Part shown: one piece after another, positions 15,917-25,274 of the stretch | Numbering within the stretch: the stretch's first letter is position 1 | How the letters are laid out: every line of letters begins with the position of its first letter | Sequence record: NC_069154.1 | DNA length: 39,791 nt | Origin: Klebsiella phage VLCpiS11a | Direction: 5' to 3' (one strand) | Position numbers and translations under genes: made by a program | The notes under the pieces: model-generated | Told to the model about the DNA's origin: nothing | Seen by the model: the letters and a program-made list of their open reading frames with translations, nothing else | Database searches by the model: none

Positions 15917-16410
15917 AAAAACCGATAAATCTGGACCGCATAAAGAGACTGCTTACGTACGACCCGGAAACAGGTGTTTTTACCCGGCTGGTCTCTGTCA
16001 AAGGCAGAAATGCGGGCGACATTGCCGGGTGTCTGTCAGACCGCGGATACGTAAATATCGTTGTTGATGGCGTGCGATTGAAAGGCCATCGTCTCGCGTG
16101 GGCTTTTGTCCACGGGGTCTATCCAGAATTCGAGATCGACCACAAAGACCGCAATCGGTCTAATAACGCCATTGACAATTTAAGACCTGCGACGCGAAGT
16201 CAGCAGATAGTAAATCGCGATACATCTGCCAGAAATACCAGTGGGGCAAAAGGTGTGTATATGCTGCCGTCTGGACGCTGGCGAGCTCGCATTTGTAAGG
16301 GCCGGAAATATATCCATCTCGGCTATTTCGATTCTATGGCAGAGGCTGAATCAGTTTACAAAAAAGCCGCTTCTGAATTGTTTGGGGAGTTCGCCGATGT
16401 CACGCTTTAA
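15913..16410 (+). CDS. HNH homing endonuclease with C-terminal AP2 domain
   Basis: HNH_3 motif EIDHKDRNRSNNAIDNLRPATRSQQ. AP2 motif GVYMLPSGRWRARI...HLGYFDSMAEAESVY. Confidence 0.8.
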   Translation: MKKPINLDRIKRLLTYDPETGVFTRLVSVKGRNAGDIAGCLSDRGYVNIVVDGVRLKGHRLAWAFVHGVYPEFEIDHKDRNRSNNAIDNLRPATRSQQIVNRDTSARNTSGAKGVYMLPSGRWRARICKGRKYIHLGYFDSMAEAESVYKKAASELFGEFADVTL

Positions 16411-17818
16411 GCGACGCCCTTACCAGCGGCAGATTACGCAATTCATGCTGCGCCATCCGCGTTGCAATATCTACGCGACTATGGGATCAGGGAAGACGGG
16501 CTCTGTAATGTGGACCCTGGACCGCCTGTTTCAGACTGGTGATCTCGTCGACGGCGAAGACCGCGTGCTTATTCTGGCGCCGCTGCGCGTCGCGTCCGGC
16601 ACATGGCCGGCGGAACAGGAGAAATGGCAATTCCCTAACCTACGTGTCGGTGACGCCACTGGCCCGGCGGCGCACCGCGTCGCCACGCTGGAAGAAGATT
16701 TCAACGTCATATGCCTGAATTACGAGTGCATAGAGTGGTTGACCGGGCTTTATGGCCCGGACTACTGGCCGTTTACCGTTATCGTCGCCGATGAGTCAAC
16801 CAAACTAAAATCGTACCGGTCAAAGAGTGGCGGCAGCAAACGCGCGAAGGCTCTAAGTCGTGTCGCCTGGGGCCGCGTTAAGCGCTTCATCAATCTGACC
16901 GGTACGCCGTCGCCTAACGGGTTAAAGGACCTGTGGGGGCAAAACTGGTTTATCGACGCCGGCGAGCGCCTCGGGACGTCTTACGCGGCATTTACCGATC
17001 GCTGGTTCATCACCGAGTCAAAAGGCGACCACCACGCCGCTAAAGGCTACCGGCCGCGCCGGGGTGCCGACGATGAGATCCACCGGGCGATGAAAGATAT
17101 TTCGTTGACGGTTGACGCTGCCGAGTTCTTCGGCTGTGAAGAGCCAGTGCTGGTCCCGGTGCTGGTAGACCTGCCGAAGAAAGCCCGCAAGATTTATGAC
17201 CAGATGGAAAAGGAGCTTTTCGCGGAGCTGGAAAACGGCGAGGTAGAAGCGGCCAATGCGGCAGCACGCACGTCTAAATGCCTGCAGATCGCCAGCGGCG
17301 CGGTATACGTCACCAACGAAGACGGCGAGCGCTCCACCGAGTGGGAGAAAATCCACGACGCGAAACTGGACGCGCTGGACTCCATCATAGACGAGCTGGC
17401 GGGCGCGCCGCTCCTGGTGGCCTACCAGTACAGGCACGACCTGGCGCGCATCAAAAAGCGGTTCCCGTTTGCCGAGGACCTGAAAAAGGGAGCTGCCGGT
17501 AATAAGCAGATCGACCGCTGGAACCGTGGCGAGATTGAAGTGCTGCTGGTGCACCCGGCATCCGCTGGTCATGGCCTTAACCTGCAGGACGGCGGTTGCC
17601 ATCTCGCCTTCTTTAGCGACACCTGGAACTACGAACATTATGCGCAGGTGGTAGAGCGTATCGGGCCGGTGCGCCAGCACCAGGCAGGCCACCCGCGGCC
17701 AGTGTTTATCTACCTGATTCAGGCCAAGGGTACGCTTGACGAAGTTATGGTGGCGCGGCGCGGTGATAAGGCGTCGGTTCAATCGGTGCTTATGGATTAC
17801 ATGAAGAGGAAGAAATGA
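16395..17818 (+). CDS. SNF2/DEAD-like superfamily-2 helicase
   Basis: Walker A MGSGKTG. Motif II VIVADESTKLK. Helicase C-terminal domain. The internal ATG at 16395 avoids running through the HNH gene. Confidence 0.8.
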
Positions 17819-18516
17819 TGGTTGTCTGGAGCCTGTTCTACGGGTCTGGGTTAATGGTTAACCCTTGGGCGGAAGCCGGCCATACTTGCTATTGCTTCAA
17901 CTTCGAAGACGAGGACCACGGCAGCTATAAAGACGTTGCTGTGCGCCATGAAAACATTCATTACGTGAACGCGTGGATCAACTCCTCTTTTGCGCGTCGA
18001 GCCATCCGGGGTAAATGGCCTAAGCCAGATATTATTTTCGCGTTTCCGCCATGCACGGATATGGCGTCGAGCGGTGCCCGATGGTTCGCTTCAAAACTCG
18101 CTGCAGATCCAGAATGCCAAAATAAAGCCGTCGCCACCGCGCGTATTGCGGAATACCTGGCTAACTATTTCGGGGCCCCGTACATGGTGGAGAATCCGCG
18201 CAGTGTGCTGTCGAGCCTTTGGCGTAAGCCTAACAAGATATTCCATCCGTGGCATTACGGCGGCTACCTGCCCGAAGACGACGTGCATCCTAACTTCCCG
18301 CAGTACATCAAAGCGCGGGACGCCTACCCGAAGGAGACGTGGTTATGGACCGGGAACGGGTTCAAGATGCCCGAGGCCAAGGCGGTGCCGCTCGATGACG
18401 GGTATAGTGAACAATATTCACGGCTGGGCGGGAAGACCGCGCGCACGAAGCTGATCCGGTCGCTCACCCCACGCGGTTTCGCTATCGCGGTATGTGAGGC
18501 CAACTATGGCGGATAA
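17815..18516 (+). CDS. short DNA C5-cytosine methyltransferase-like protein (233 aa)
   Basis: Motif I LFYGSGL (FxGxG). Motif IV AFPPCTDMASSG (PC). Motif VI MVENPRSV (ENV-like). Too short for a canonical target-recognition domain. Confidence 0.5.
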   Translation: MMVVWSLFYGSGLMVNPWAEAGHTCYCFNFEDEDHGSYKDVAVRHENIHYVNAWINSSFARRAIRGKWPKPDIIFAFPPCTDMASSGARWFASKLAADPECQNKAVATARIAEYLANYFGAPYMVENPRSVLSSLWRKPNKIFHPWHYGGYLPEDDVHPNFPQYIKARDAYPKETWLWTGNGFKMPEAKAVPLDDGYSEQYSRLGGKTARTKLIRSLTPRGFAIAVCEANYGG

Positions 18517-18997
18517 ATCCAACACCGCACCAGAGGATAAGGACTGCTGGCGAACGCCGCCGGAGATATTCGAACCGCTTAACGAGAGGTTTAATTTCCG
18601 CTATGACATGGCGGCAGCAGACCATAACGCCCTTTGCGCACGGTACTACACCGAACAGGATAGCGCCCTGGGTATCGAGTGGCCTGCGGCGTGGAAGTGG
18701 TGCAATCCGCCGTATTCTAAGCCGCTGCCGTGGTTCCAGCACGCCGCGCAGTACCGTAGAACGGTGTTACTCCTGCACCTGGCCGTTGCTACGCAGTGGA
18801 TGGATATAGCGCGCCGGGAGGCGAATACCATTATTCAGCTGACCGAGCGCATCCAGTTTATCCACGCCAGGACCGGCGAGCGCGCGGCGACGAAGAACAA
18901 CCGCGACTCGCAGATCATTATCTTCGGCCGGCGACCTAATCCCGACGGCGCGCGCATCGTCCAGTGCTCGATCGCGGATATCGCAAAATATCTGTAA
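18506..18997 (+). CDS. phage-type DNA N6-adenine methyltransferase (Dam-like, pfam05869 type)
   Basis: WRTPPEIFEPLNERFNFRYDMAA and the catalytic CNPPYS motif. Start at MADKSNT, which has a GTGAGG RBS. Confidence 0.8.
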   Translation: MADKSNTAPEDKDCWRTPPEIFEPLNERFNFRYDMAAADHNALCARYYTEQDSALGIEWPAAWKWCNPPYSKPLPWFQHAAQYRRTVLLLHLAVATQWMDIARREANTIIQLTERIQFIHARTGERAATKNNRDSQIIIFGRRPNPDGARIVQCSIADIAKYL

Positions 18998-19004
18998 ATG
19001 TTGG

Positions 19005-19033
19005 TTGCAATCTTAGTGGAGTCATATTATAGT
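19005..19033 (+). promoter_or_regulatory. strong sigma70-type promoter TTGCAA-17-TATAGT (copy A of the 42-bp twin promoter)
   Basis: AATGTTGGTTGCAATcttagTGGAGTCATATTATAGTTA. Copy B at 34809-34848 is near-identical. Confidence 0.6.
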
Positions 19034-19077
19034 TAATTCATAGGGCGGCGCGGTGCGGCCTTAAATAGGAGATTAAA

Positions 19078-19326
19078 ATGTTTGGATTCGGAGAGGCAGT
19101 AGCTCAATTAAATGCCGGGGTTAAAGTCGCCCGTAGCGGTTGGAACGGAAAAGGCATGTTTCTTTTCTTGGTCAGTGGTAATTCCTGGGACTTTACTACT
19201 GACGTTGAGGGTGTGGACGGCCTCGACACGCTGCCTTTTGTGTGTATGAAAACAGCGGACGGGAAATTGGTCCCCTGGCTGGCTAGCCAAACGGACATAA
19301 TCGCCACCGATTGGGTGGTTGTCTAA
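19078..19326 (+). CDS. DUF2829-like small protein (82 aa; family that includes Thoeris anti-defence Tad2)
   Basis: The N-terminus FGFGEAVAQLNAGVKVARSGWNGKGMF matches the F-x-E-A-x-x-x-L-K-x-G-x-K-V-A-R-x-G-W pattern I recall for DUF2829. TAGGAGAT RBS. Driven by the twin promoter. Confidence 0.4.
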   Translation: MFGFGEAVAQLNAGVKVARSGWNGKGMFLFLVSGNSWDFTTDVEGVDGLDTLPFVCMKTADGKLVPWLASQTDIIATDWVVV

Positions 19327-19368
19327 TATCACAGGCCCCTCGCGGGGCCACTTTCAGGAGCAAACACA

Positions 19369-19608
19369 ATGAAACGTATTACCGCAATCGCAATCACTCT
19401 GGCCGCCGTTCTGGGCTGCTCGTATGCTGGATCCGCCGCTGCCGCCACTCCGGTCGAAATGTGCCAGGAGCTGGCCGAAATGGGCGGGGTTATCGTCGAC
19501 GCCAGGAACCGTGGCGACTCGCTGGAAAACGTAACCAGCATTATCAACGGCAGCGATATGATCCCGAGCCTTAAAGCCGGTATGACGCGCATCGCTGAAA
19601 CGCGCTGA
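19369..19608 (+). CDS. exported protein (signal peptide; possible lipoprotein), candidate Cor-like superinfection-exclusion factor
   Basis: MKRITAIAITLAAVLGCSYAGSAAAA signal sequence. 79 aa. Lies next to the tail-fibre genes, as cor does in T1/phi80-type phages. The lipobox is non-canonical (VLGC). Confidence 0.45.
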   Translation: MKRITAIAITLAAVLGCSYAGSAAAATPVEMCQELAEMGGVIVDARNRGDSLENVTSIINGSDMIPSLKAGMTRIAETR

Positions 19609-19664
19609 CGTCGTGGCGTATGGGTTTAAAGGTTGTATTGACGGAATGTCGGAGGATATGTGAG

Positions 19665-19690
19665 AAAAGGGCCTTGCGGCCCTTTTAATT
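19665..19690. terminator. bidirectional rho-independent terminator between the moron cassette and the tail-gene operon end
   Basis: AAAAGGGCC-TTGC-GGCCCTTTT perfect hairpin with A/T runs on both sides. Confidence 0.6.
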
Positions 19691-19877
19691 ATGACGATAA
19701 CAGCTCTATAGCTTTTTTAACCGATTCTTTCGCTGTAAGTCCCTCAGAAAAATAATCGACCCATTTCCCCTTATAGGCAACAATATCCATTGAATGTCCG
19801 TCATTTTTAACCAGTTCTACCACTTCCCTGAACCAGGTTTCAAAGGGCGGCTCAGTAAGTTCTGTTTCTTTTTCCAT
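19689..19877 (-). CDS. small protein (62 aa) at the 3' end of the late operon
   Basis: ATG (MEKETELTEPPFETW...) with a GTAGGAG RBS. The ORF-track start is a GTG two codons upstream. Confidence 0.4.
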   Translation of the reverse strand: MEKETELTEPPFETWFREVVELVKNDGHSMDIVAYKGKWVDYFSEGLTAKESVKKAIELLSS

Positions 19878-19885
19878 TTTCACTC

Positions 19886-21787
19886 CTACATTGAGGGCAA
19901 CATAGAAACGTTAACAGTTCTTGCCTGGCCGTCAACGTTAGTTAAAAGCACCGTTATCAATCCCGTAGCGCTATCAATTGATAGCGCCACTGTAACACCT
20001 GTGCCAGAAATACCAATTCTTCCGGAACTAGCCACAATGCCAGCTGTTATAACATCAATATAGTAACTTCCTTCACGTCTAATACGCACTGGTATTTTAA
20101 TGTCATCACCAAGGGCAGAAGAACCAATTCTACACTCTATAAGAACAGTTCTTGTGACATATGTATCATAAGCATTTTGTGATATGTTGGTCTTGGTCAG
20201 CGATAACGTTGCGCCCGCAGAACCTGCCAACGTACCTGATGACTGTGAACCAATAATTCGCCTGCCTTTAACAACCTGGGTCATACCAATATTTACATCG
20301 TCGTCCATACCAAGGTTGCCGGTTATAGACTTATTTAACGTGGTCGCCTTCTGGTTAATTGCCGAAGTAACAAAACCTGTCATATCACTTCCGGAAACCA
20401 GAAGCGAACCGCCACCAGAGCCAAGAACCGAAATGTTAAACGATGGTGAAGTTGTGCCCCCATCGCCGCTGTCATTCGCACCGACACCAGTTCTTACCCC
20501 TGAGAGTTCAATTTTACCGTCATCAATAATAATAAAGTTTGCGGAATAGTCATTTCCCACGGGCTGATTAGCCCCACTGCGCCGGACGTTAACGCCGTTT
20601 AGAATCCATGACGACTGACCCGCGGCAACTACACCACCTCTTCCGGCCCTGTCGCAAAGTTCACCGGAAATTTGGTTCTCCACCGACTGGAACGCATACC
20701 AGTTATCGCCGGAGTTCCATTCGTTGCGACATCCGCCGAAAAAGTTATTGTTTGCTCCACCGGTAAGGGCCACTCCTCTGTCATTAGCATTGATTGTGCA
20801 AGCAATCATCATGGAGTCTATAAGATTCCGGACCCCATCTACGTTTCCAGATATTGAACAAAAGAAAGCCTTTACCGTACCCATATATCGAGACCAACCA
20901 ACACCGACAGCAAAGCGGTAAATTCCGCATCCCTCAAGTCGGGTGCCGTTGAATTGGGCTGATGTATCTGCGGAATAAAAAAGGTACGTTGTTTTATCTC
21001 GGCCATCAAAAACAATATCCCGGAATACATGACGACCAGTTGAATAAAATGGGAAACTTGCACCAGCTGCTACGCGGATGACGACACCACAATTAATAAA
21101 GCTACTATCACCTGCTATTGTGTAAGGCCGGCGACAGCCCCACCCTATAAGTGAGAATCCCAATGGAAGGGTCGCGGGATCGCTGCCAAGTTCAATAATT
21201 CCCAGATTCCATGGTATATCAAGGATCATAACTCCCGCAGCTATAGCGGCTTTTAACGCATAGTCCGCTGCGACTACTGCTCCAGCAGTCGTAAGTAATG
21301 CTTGTTGATCTGATTCGGTAAGGTATTCGAAAAGTGACGCACGAATTATTCTGTCCAGAGGCGAGTTGTTCCGGTGCACCATTAACGCCCCCGTCTCCGA
21401 CGATAATTCCTGCCGCAATAGCTGGTCGGTGCGAGGTTTCCAGTTGGCATCTAATAGCGGGTTTGCACCTGGCGTCACAACATGCGGCAGCGCACCGGCC
21501 CATGAATACCAGTTATTATCGGCCGGGTTATAAACCACGGTGTCACGCGCGGTAATGGTGCCGCCGGTGGTGAAATCGAACGCGGCCGGGTTAAAACCCA
21601 TGTCGCGCAGGATCGCCGGGAGAGTTTTTTGGACTTGCCCGGTAACCTGGTTAGTTGCAAAGTCAATCTCCGCACCGGAAGATACACCGCCCGCACGCCC
21701 AGTGATAACTTCGGCCTCGAAGGTCTGGTGCTTCTTGGCTGTTTTCAGATCTTCCAGCGATAAGACGTCGCCGCATCCGCTTGACAT
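19886..21787 (-). CDS. tailspike/tail fibre protein, probably with a beta-helix glycanase (depolymerase) domain
   Basis: 633 aa and the last structural gene. Gly/Asn/Ser-rich repetitive beta-helix-like composition. Strong AAGAGGA RBS. Confidence 0.6.
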   Translation of the reverse strand: MSSGCGDVLSLEDLKTAKKHQTFEAEVITGRAGGVSSGAEIDFATNQVTGQVQKTLPAILRDMGFNPAAFDFTTGGTITARDTVVYNPADNNWYSWAGALPHVVTPGANPLLDANWKPRTDQLLRQELSSETGALMVHRNNSPLDRIIRASLFEYLTESDQQALLTTAGAVVAADYALKAAIAAGVMILDIPWNLGIIELGSDPATLPLGFSLIGWGCRRPYTIAGDSSFINCGVVIRVAAGASFPFYSTGRHVFRDIVFDGRDKTTYLFYSADTSAQFNGTRLEGCGIYRFAVGVGWSRYMGTVKAFFCSISGNVDGVRNLIDSMMIACTINANDRGVALTGGANNNFFGGCRNEWNSGDNWYAFQSVENQISGELCDRAGRGGVVAAGQSSWILNGVNVRRSGANQPVGNDYSANFIIIDDGKIELSGVRTGVGANDSGDGGTTSPSFNISVLGSGGGSLLVSGSDMTGFVTSAINQKATTLNKSITGNLGMDDDVNIGMTQVVKGRRIIGSQSSGTLAGSAGATLSLTKTNISQNAYDTYVTRTVLIECRIGSSALGDDIKIPVRIRREGSYYIDVITAGIVASSGRIGISGTGVTVALSIDSATGLITVLLTNVDGQARTVNVSMLPSM

Positions 21788-21799
21788 ATCAGAATCCTC

Positions 21800-24391
21800 T
21801 TATGAAAAACCAGTATCAAAACCGGTGCTAAACGCCCGCCCGAACGGCGACACGCCATCTTTTTCGTAGTACCCGTCGGAATAATTGTATCCGGTAATCA
21901 CCACGGTGCGATTATTACCCGGCGTCACGGTACTAACTAACATCATTTGCGCGGAGTGCCGCGCATCGCTGCCGAAGGAAAACTCGGTCTTTAGTGCATC
22001 GTTACCAGTATAAATGGATTCAGCCGGCGCGGAAAGCATAACCACTTCCTGCGCGTTAGCCCCTGGCGTAACACCAACGCTTTGCACCGACCCATCGCGT
22101 TTTTTGAGTATGATCGAATGGTCTTCACCCTGCGTGAATTCCACCGGTTGCGAAAGCGTGAGAGTAAGCCCATTTACCGCGATAACATATCCGTCAAAAG
22201 GCGCGACGCGCGATCCTTTAACCACGCTGATCGGCCGCCCTGGTACGGCGAGAGCACCTTCCTCCAGCGCGGTAAACTCAACGGCAACACGGTTAAGACT
22301 ATTACGCTGATACCGGCGCCAGGCGTGCCAGTAGGCTTGATGATAGTTGCGGATGCCTTTCGAGTCGTAGGTGTCGGTCTTAACACCGCCGGTCTCTGGG
22401 ATCTGGATGGTCTCTTTGATGTTGGTGTCCGGGTCAATATAGCTGAATTTAAGCGAGTCATAGGCCGTGCGGTCATTAAACTGCCGGGTCCATTTTTCCC
22501 CGGATGGCGCTTTACTGCGGTGTGTGAATACCATTTCAGGGCCGGCCCGCGGGCGTTCCAGGTCCAGATAAATGCTGTGCCCCCGGCGCGACGCAGAGCA
22601 AAAGATAGCCTCGGCTATCGTCGTGATAATGTCCTGCGCCGTTGTCTCGTAGGAGTCGAACGTGTAACAGAATTGCCCGGCAAGCGGCGTGCCAAAATAT
22701 GCCTCTACCTCGGCCTGGGTGGCGATCAGTTTATCCATGTTCGCCGCGGTGAGATTTAGGTTGCCAACTACCGGGTCGCGCATCAACCGGATCAGGGATT
22801 GCACAGCCTGAGTGTTTTCGGTTAACGCCGTATCAAATACCCCGCCGCCGAGATATTTGTAAAGTTTCTCGGTAACGATTAGCGCCAGTTTCGGCGATTT
22901 AACCGATGTGGCGCGCGGCGTCTGCTTGCGCGCTGTGTGAACGGTTGTTCGGTTGCCGTAATCATGGGTGCGCTCGTAAACCTGCCCGTAAAGCGCATCG
23001 TATTTTATTTCGTCGACGACCTGGCCCTCGAAGTCGAAATCGACATCCGTCACCCGGCGCGCCCGGACACGCACGCGGGATGCAAACGGCAGATCAGCGA
23101 TAATGCTGACGCCGGTTGAGTTTGACGACCTGCCAGATACGGTTCCCTGCACCGCGTAAATATCGCCATATGGCGTGTTGTTCTGGTCAAGCAGCTGGTA
23201 CTGTACCTCGGCGGTTACGCTGGCCGGCTTTTTGCTACTGCTGCCGTTGTCCTTGTACATACCGTTATCGGCGCTGATATTCACCAGGACGCGCTCACAC
23301 TCCAGACTGGTGATAGACACCCAATCTGTCAAACTCTTCTCCACGGTGTTTACAGGGCCGATCTCTGCGGCATTCCCGGCGGGGTCCGCGGCGTTCACCT
23401 GATTAACGGTCGGACTAACCACCTGCCAGGCTGACAGGTTACTGGAGACGTCCAGAACGATGTCGACCTCGCTAACCGAAATAACCGGATAATAGCCGTC
23501 CAGATACGGGTCCGGGCCTCCCGGGTCATTCAGCGTGACGTTAGCCAGCCGTGCCGTGTCTCCGGCCTCCAGGTACGCGTTAAAGGCCGCATTACCTGAT
23601 GCGTCGGTAATAGTCCCGGTTGTGCCGGATAACGACGCTATCGTGCCTCCGTCGCCGGTAATGCTGGCGTTAAGGTCGTTAGGCGCTCTTAGTGTCTGAC
23701 CGTCGATCTCGTTCGACGCGTAAGTTATGAACAGCGGCTCGGTAATCGGGTCGCCTACCAGCGTTTGCGGAGCGTCGCCGCTGTTCGGCGAAGTGTATGG
23801 AGCGTATACGGCAGCAGATGATCCGGTGATCTCTGAAAGCAGTGTATCGCCGTCCGTGATGCCGCCCGCCGGCGTCGACACAGGCCCGCGGGCGACGTCG
23901 TAATAACCGAACTCGATAACCTGGCCGGCGCTGTTATAGAGTTGGTAGCTGTTCATAAGGATCGCCGGAATACTTTGCACCGTGCCGCAAATATCGTAAG
24001 TGCGCTCGTAAGGGCGGGCCTTGTTCGTCCGGTCCGTTAAGCTGTTATTCGGGCTCTCGGCCTGCTGGTTGGACAACCCCGCCGACACCGACGTTTTTTG
24101 TGATGGCATTAACAGTTTCAGAATGGGATTAAGAATTTTCCCAACGAAACTGAAAACGGCGCCCACCGCGCCGCCGCCCGGCGATTCAACGACGTAATAC
24201 TCGGCGTTAAGTTCGAGGCGGTCGAAATCCTCGGTCACGTCGTTATCTTCGCCTATGCTGCCGAGGTATACGCGGAACGGGACGCCGTCCGGGATGTGTT
24301 GCAGCACGATCTGCATCGGCGAGGCCCAAAAACTTTTCGTCTGAAATTCGCCGTTTTCATCGCGCGTGATTAAGTGTGTTTTCATCGCCAA
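21800..24391 (-). CDS. tail tip / central fibre protein (lambda J-like host-specificity protein family)
   Basis: 863 aa. Sits downstream of the K-like and L/M-like minor tail genes in the conserved siphovirus order. Confidence 0.6.
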   Translation of the reverse strand: MAMKTHLITRDENGEFQTKSFWASPMQIVLQHIPDGVPFRVYLGSIGEDNDVTEDFDRLELNAEYYVVESPGGGAVGAVFSFVGKILNPILKLLMPSQKTSVSAGLSNQQAESPNNSLTDRTNKARPYERTYDICGTVQSIPAILMNSYQLYNSAGQVIEFGYYDVARGPVSTPAGGITDGDTLLSEITGSSAAVYAPYTSPNSGDAPQTLVGDPITEPLFITYASNEIDGQTLRAPNDLNASITGDGGTIASLSGTTGTITDASGNAAFNAYLEAGDTARLANVTLNDPGGPDPYLDGYYPVISVSEVDIVLDVSSNLSAWQVVSPTVNQVNAADPAGNAAEIGPVNTVEKSLTDWVSITSLECERVLVNISADNGMYKDNGSSSKKPASVTAEVQYQLLDQNNTPYGDIYAVQGTVSGRSSNSTGVSIIADLPFASRVRVRARRVTDVDFDFEGQVVDEIKYDALYGQVYERTHDYGNRTTVHTARKQTPRATSVKSPKLALIVTEKLYKYLGGGVFDTALTENTQAVQSLIRLMRDPVVGNLNLTAANMDKLIATQAEVEAYFGTPLAGQFCYTFDSYETTAQDIITTIAEAIFCSASRRGHSIYLDLERPRAGPEMVFTHRSKAPSGEKWTRQFNDRTAYDSLKFSYIDPDTNIKETIQIPETGGVKTDTYDSKGIRNYHQAYWHAWRRYQRNSLNRVAVEFTALEEGALAVPGRPISVVKGSRVAPFDGYVIAVNGLTLTLSQPVEFTQGEDHSIILKKRDGSVQSVGVTPGANAQEVVMLSAPAESIYTGNDALKTEFSFGSDARHSAQMMLVSTVTPGNNRTVVITGYNYSDGYYEKDGVSPFGRAFSTGFDTGFS

Positions 24392-24747
24392 AACTCAATT
24401 TCCTGGTAACGGTCCCGAATATCCGCCAGCGCTTCTAAGCGCACCTGGCGGGCCGCAAGTTCGCAATGGCTAACCATACCGTCGAAGTATACCCCAGCAT
24501 GCCACACAATGCGCGACCCAACACGGCAACCCATTAACACCGCGTCAAAGTTCTGCGGAACGTCTACCCGGGAGAGCCCGGACGGATCCCGATGCCCGGC
24601 GTCAAAAGCCGCGTCTATCTTGGTCGGGGAAATCACGTCGAAGATCGGCGTATCGAGCCCAGCCGCCGCGCGCACGCGGCGAACGTGATGCCAGCAATGG
24701 TACGTCCTGAAATTGTATGGCGTGCCGGTGTAGTCATTTATGTTCAC
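24382..24747 (-). CDS. tail assembly protein with NlpC/P60-like Cys-His core (lambda K-like)
   Basis: YHCWHHV Cys/His motif. Position between the L-like and J-like genes. Confidence 0.45.
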   Translation of the reverse strand: MNINDYTGTPYNFRTYHCWHHVRRVRAAAGLDTPIFDVISPTKIDAAFDAGHRDPSGLSRVDVPQNFDAVLMGCRVGSRIVWHAGVYFDGMVSHCELAARQVRLEALADIRDRYQEIEFWR

Positions 24748-25274
24748 GATGCGAGTACCCCGCGCAATAATGGGATCTCTGTCGGCGTCGCTAAAAGGCC
24801 GGTGCCGCGCTCGTTAAGCCGTGGCACGCCGACGTCGGCGGTAAAAACGCCCTTTTCCTGTGACAGCGACTGCAGGTCATAAGTAACCGGCCCGTCACAG
24901 GGATAGGATAAATCTGTACTGATAAACCGGCGATAGGTGAAAACAGGCCACTCCTGGTTATCCAGCGGAATATTCTGCATTTCGTCGTCAAGCTGGTTAC
25001 CGACATCCGGCAGCGTGAAAGATGCCTGCTGGTCCAGGTTGTTGCTGTTCGCTGCATTATTCGCGTTCATCGGCGACGGCTCAAACGTCACCGTCTCCCC
25101 GGTCTCCAGCGTTGCCGTTAATGTGGAGGTCCCTTTGACGATCAGATACCGCTTCGAAAGCAGCGGGTGCGTTATCTCGACCGTCTCATAGTCAATCTGG
25201 CCTTCCGGGTTAGAGGCCAGCTTGCGCTTGTAGGCTTCGATTACCGATTCTTCGCTCATTGCATCGGGTCCCAT
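24744..25274 (-). CDS. minor tail protein (lambda L-like position)
   Basis: Gene order only. Confidence 0.4.
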   Translation of the reverse strand: MGPDAMSEESVIEAYKRKLASNPEGQIDYETVEITHPLLSKRYLIVKGTSTLTATLETGETVTFEPSPMNANNAANSNNLDQQASFTLPDVGNQLDDEMQNIPLDNQEWPVFTYRRFISTDLSYPCDGPVTYDLQSLSQEKGVFTADVGVPRLNERGTGLLATPTEIPLLRGVLAS

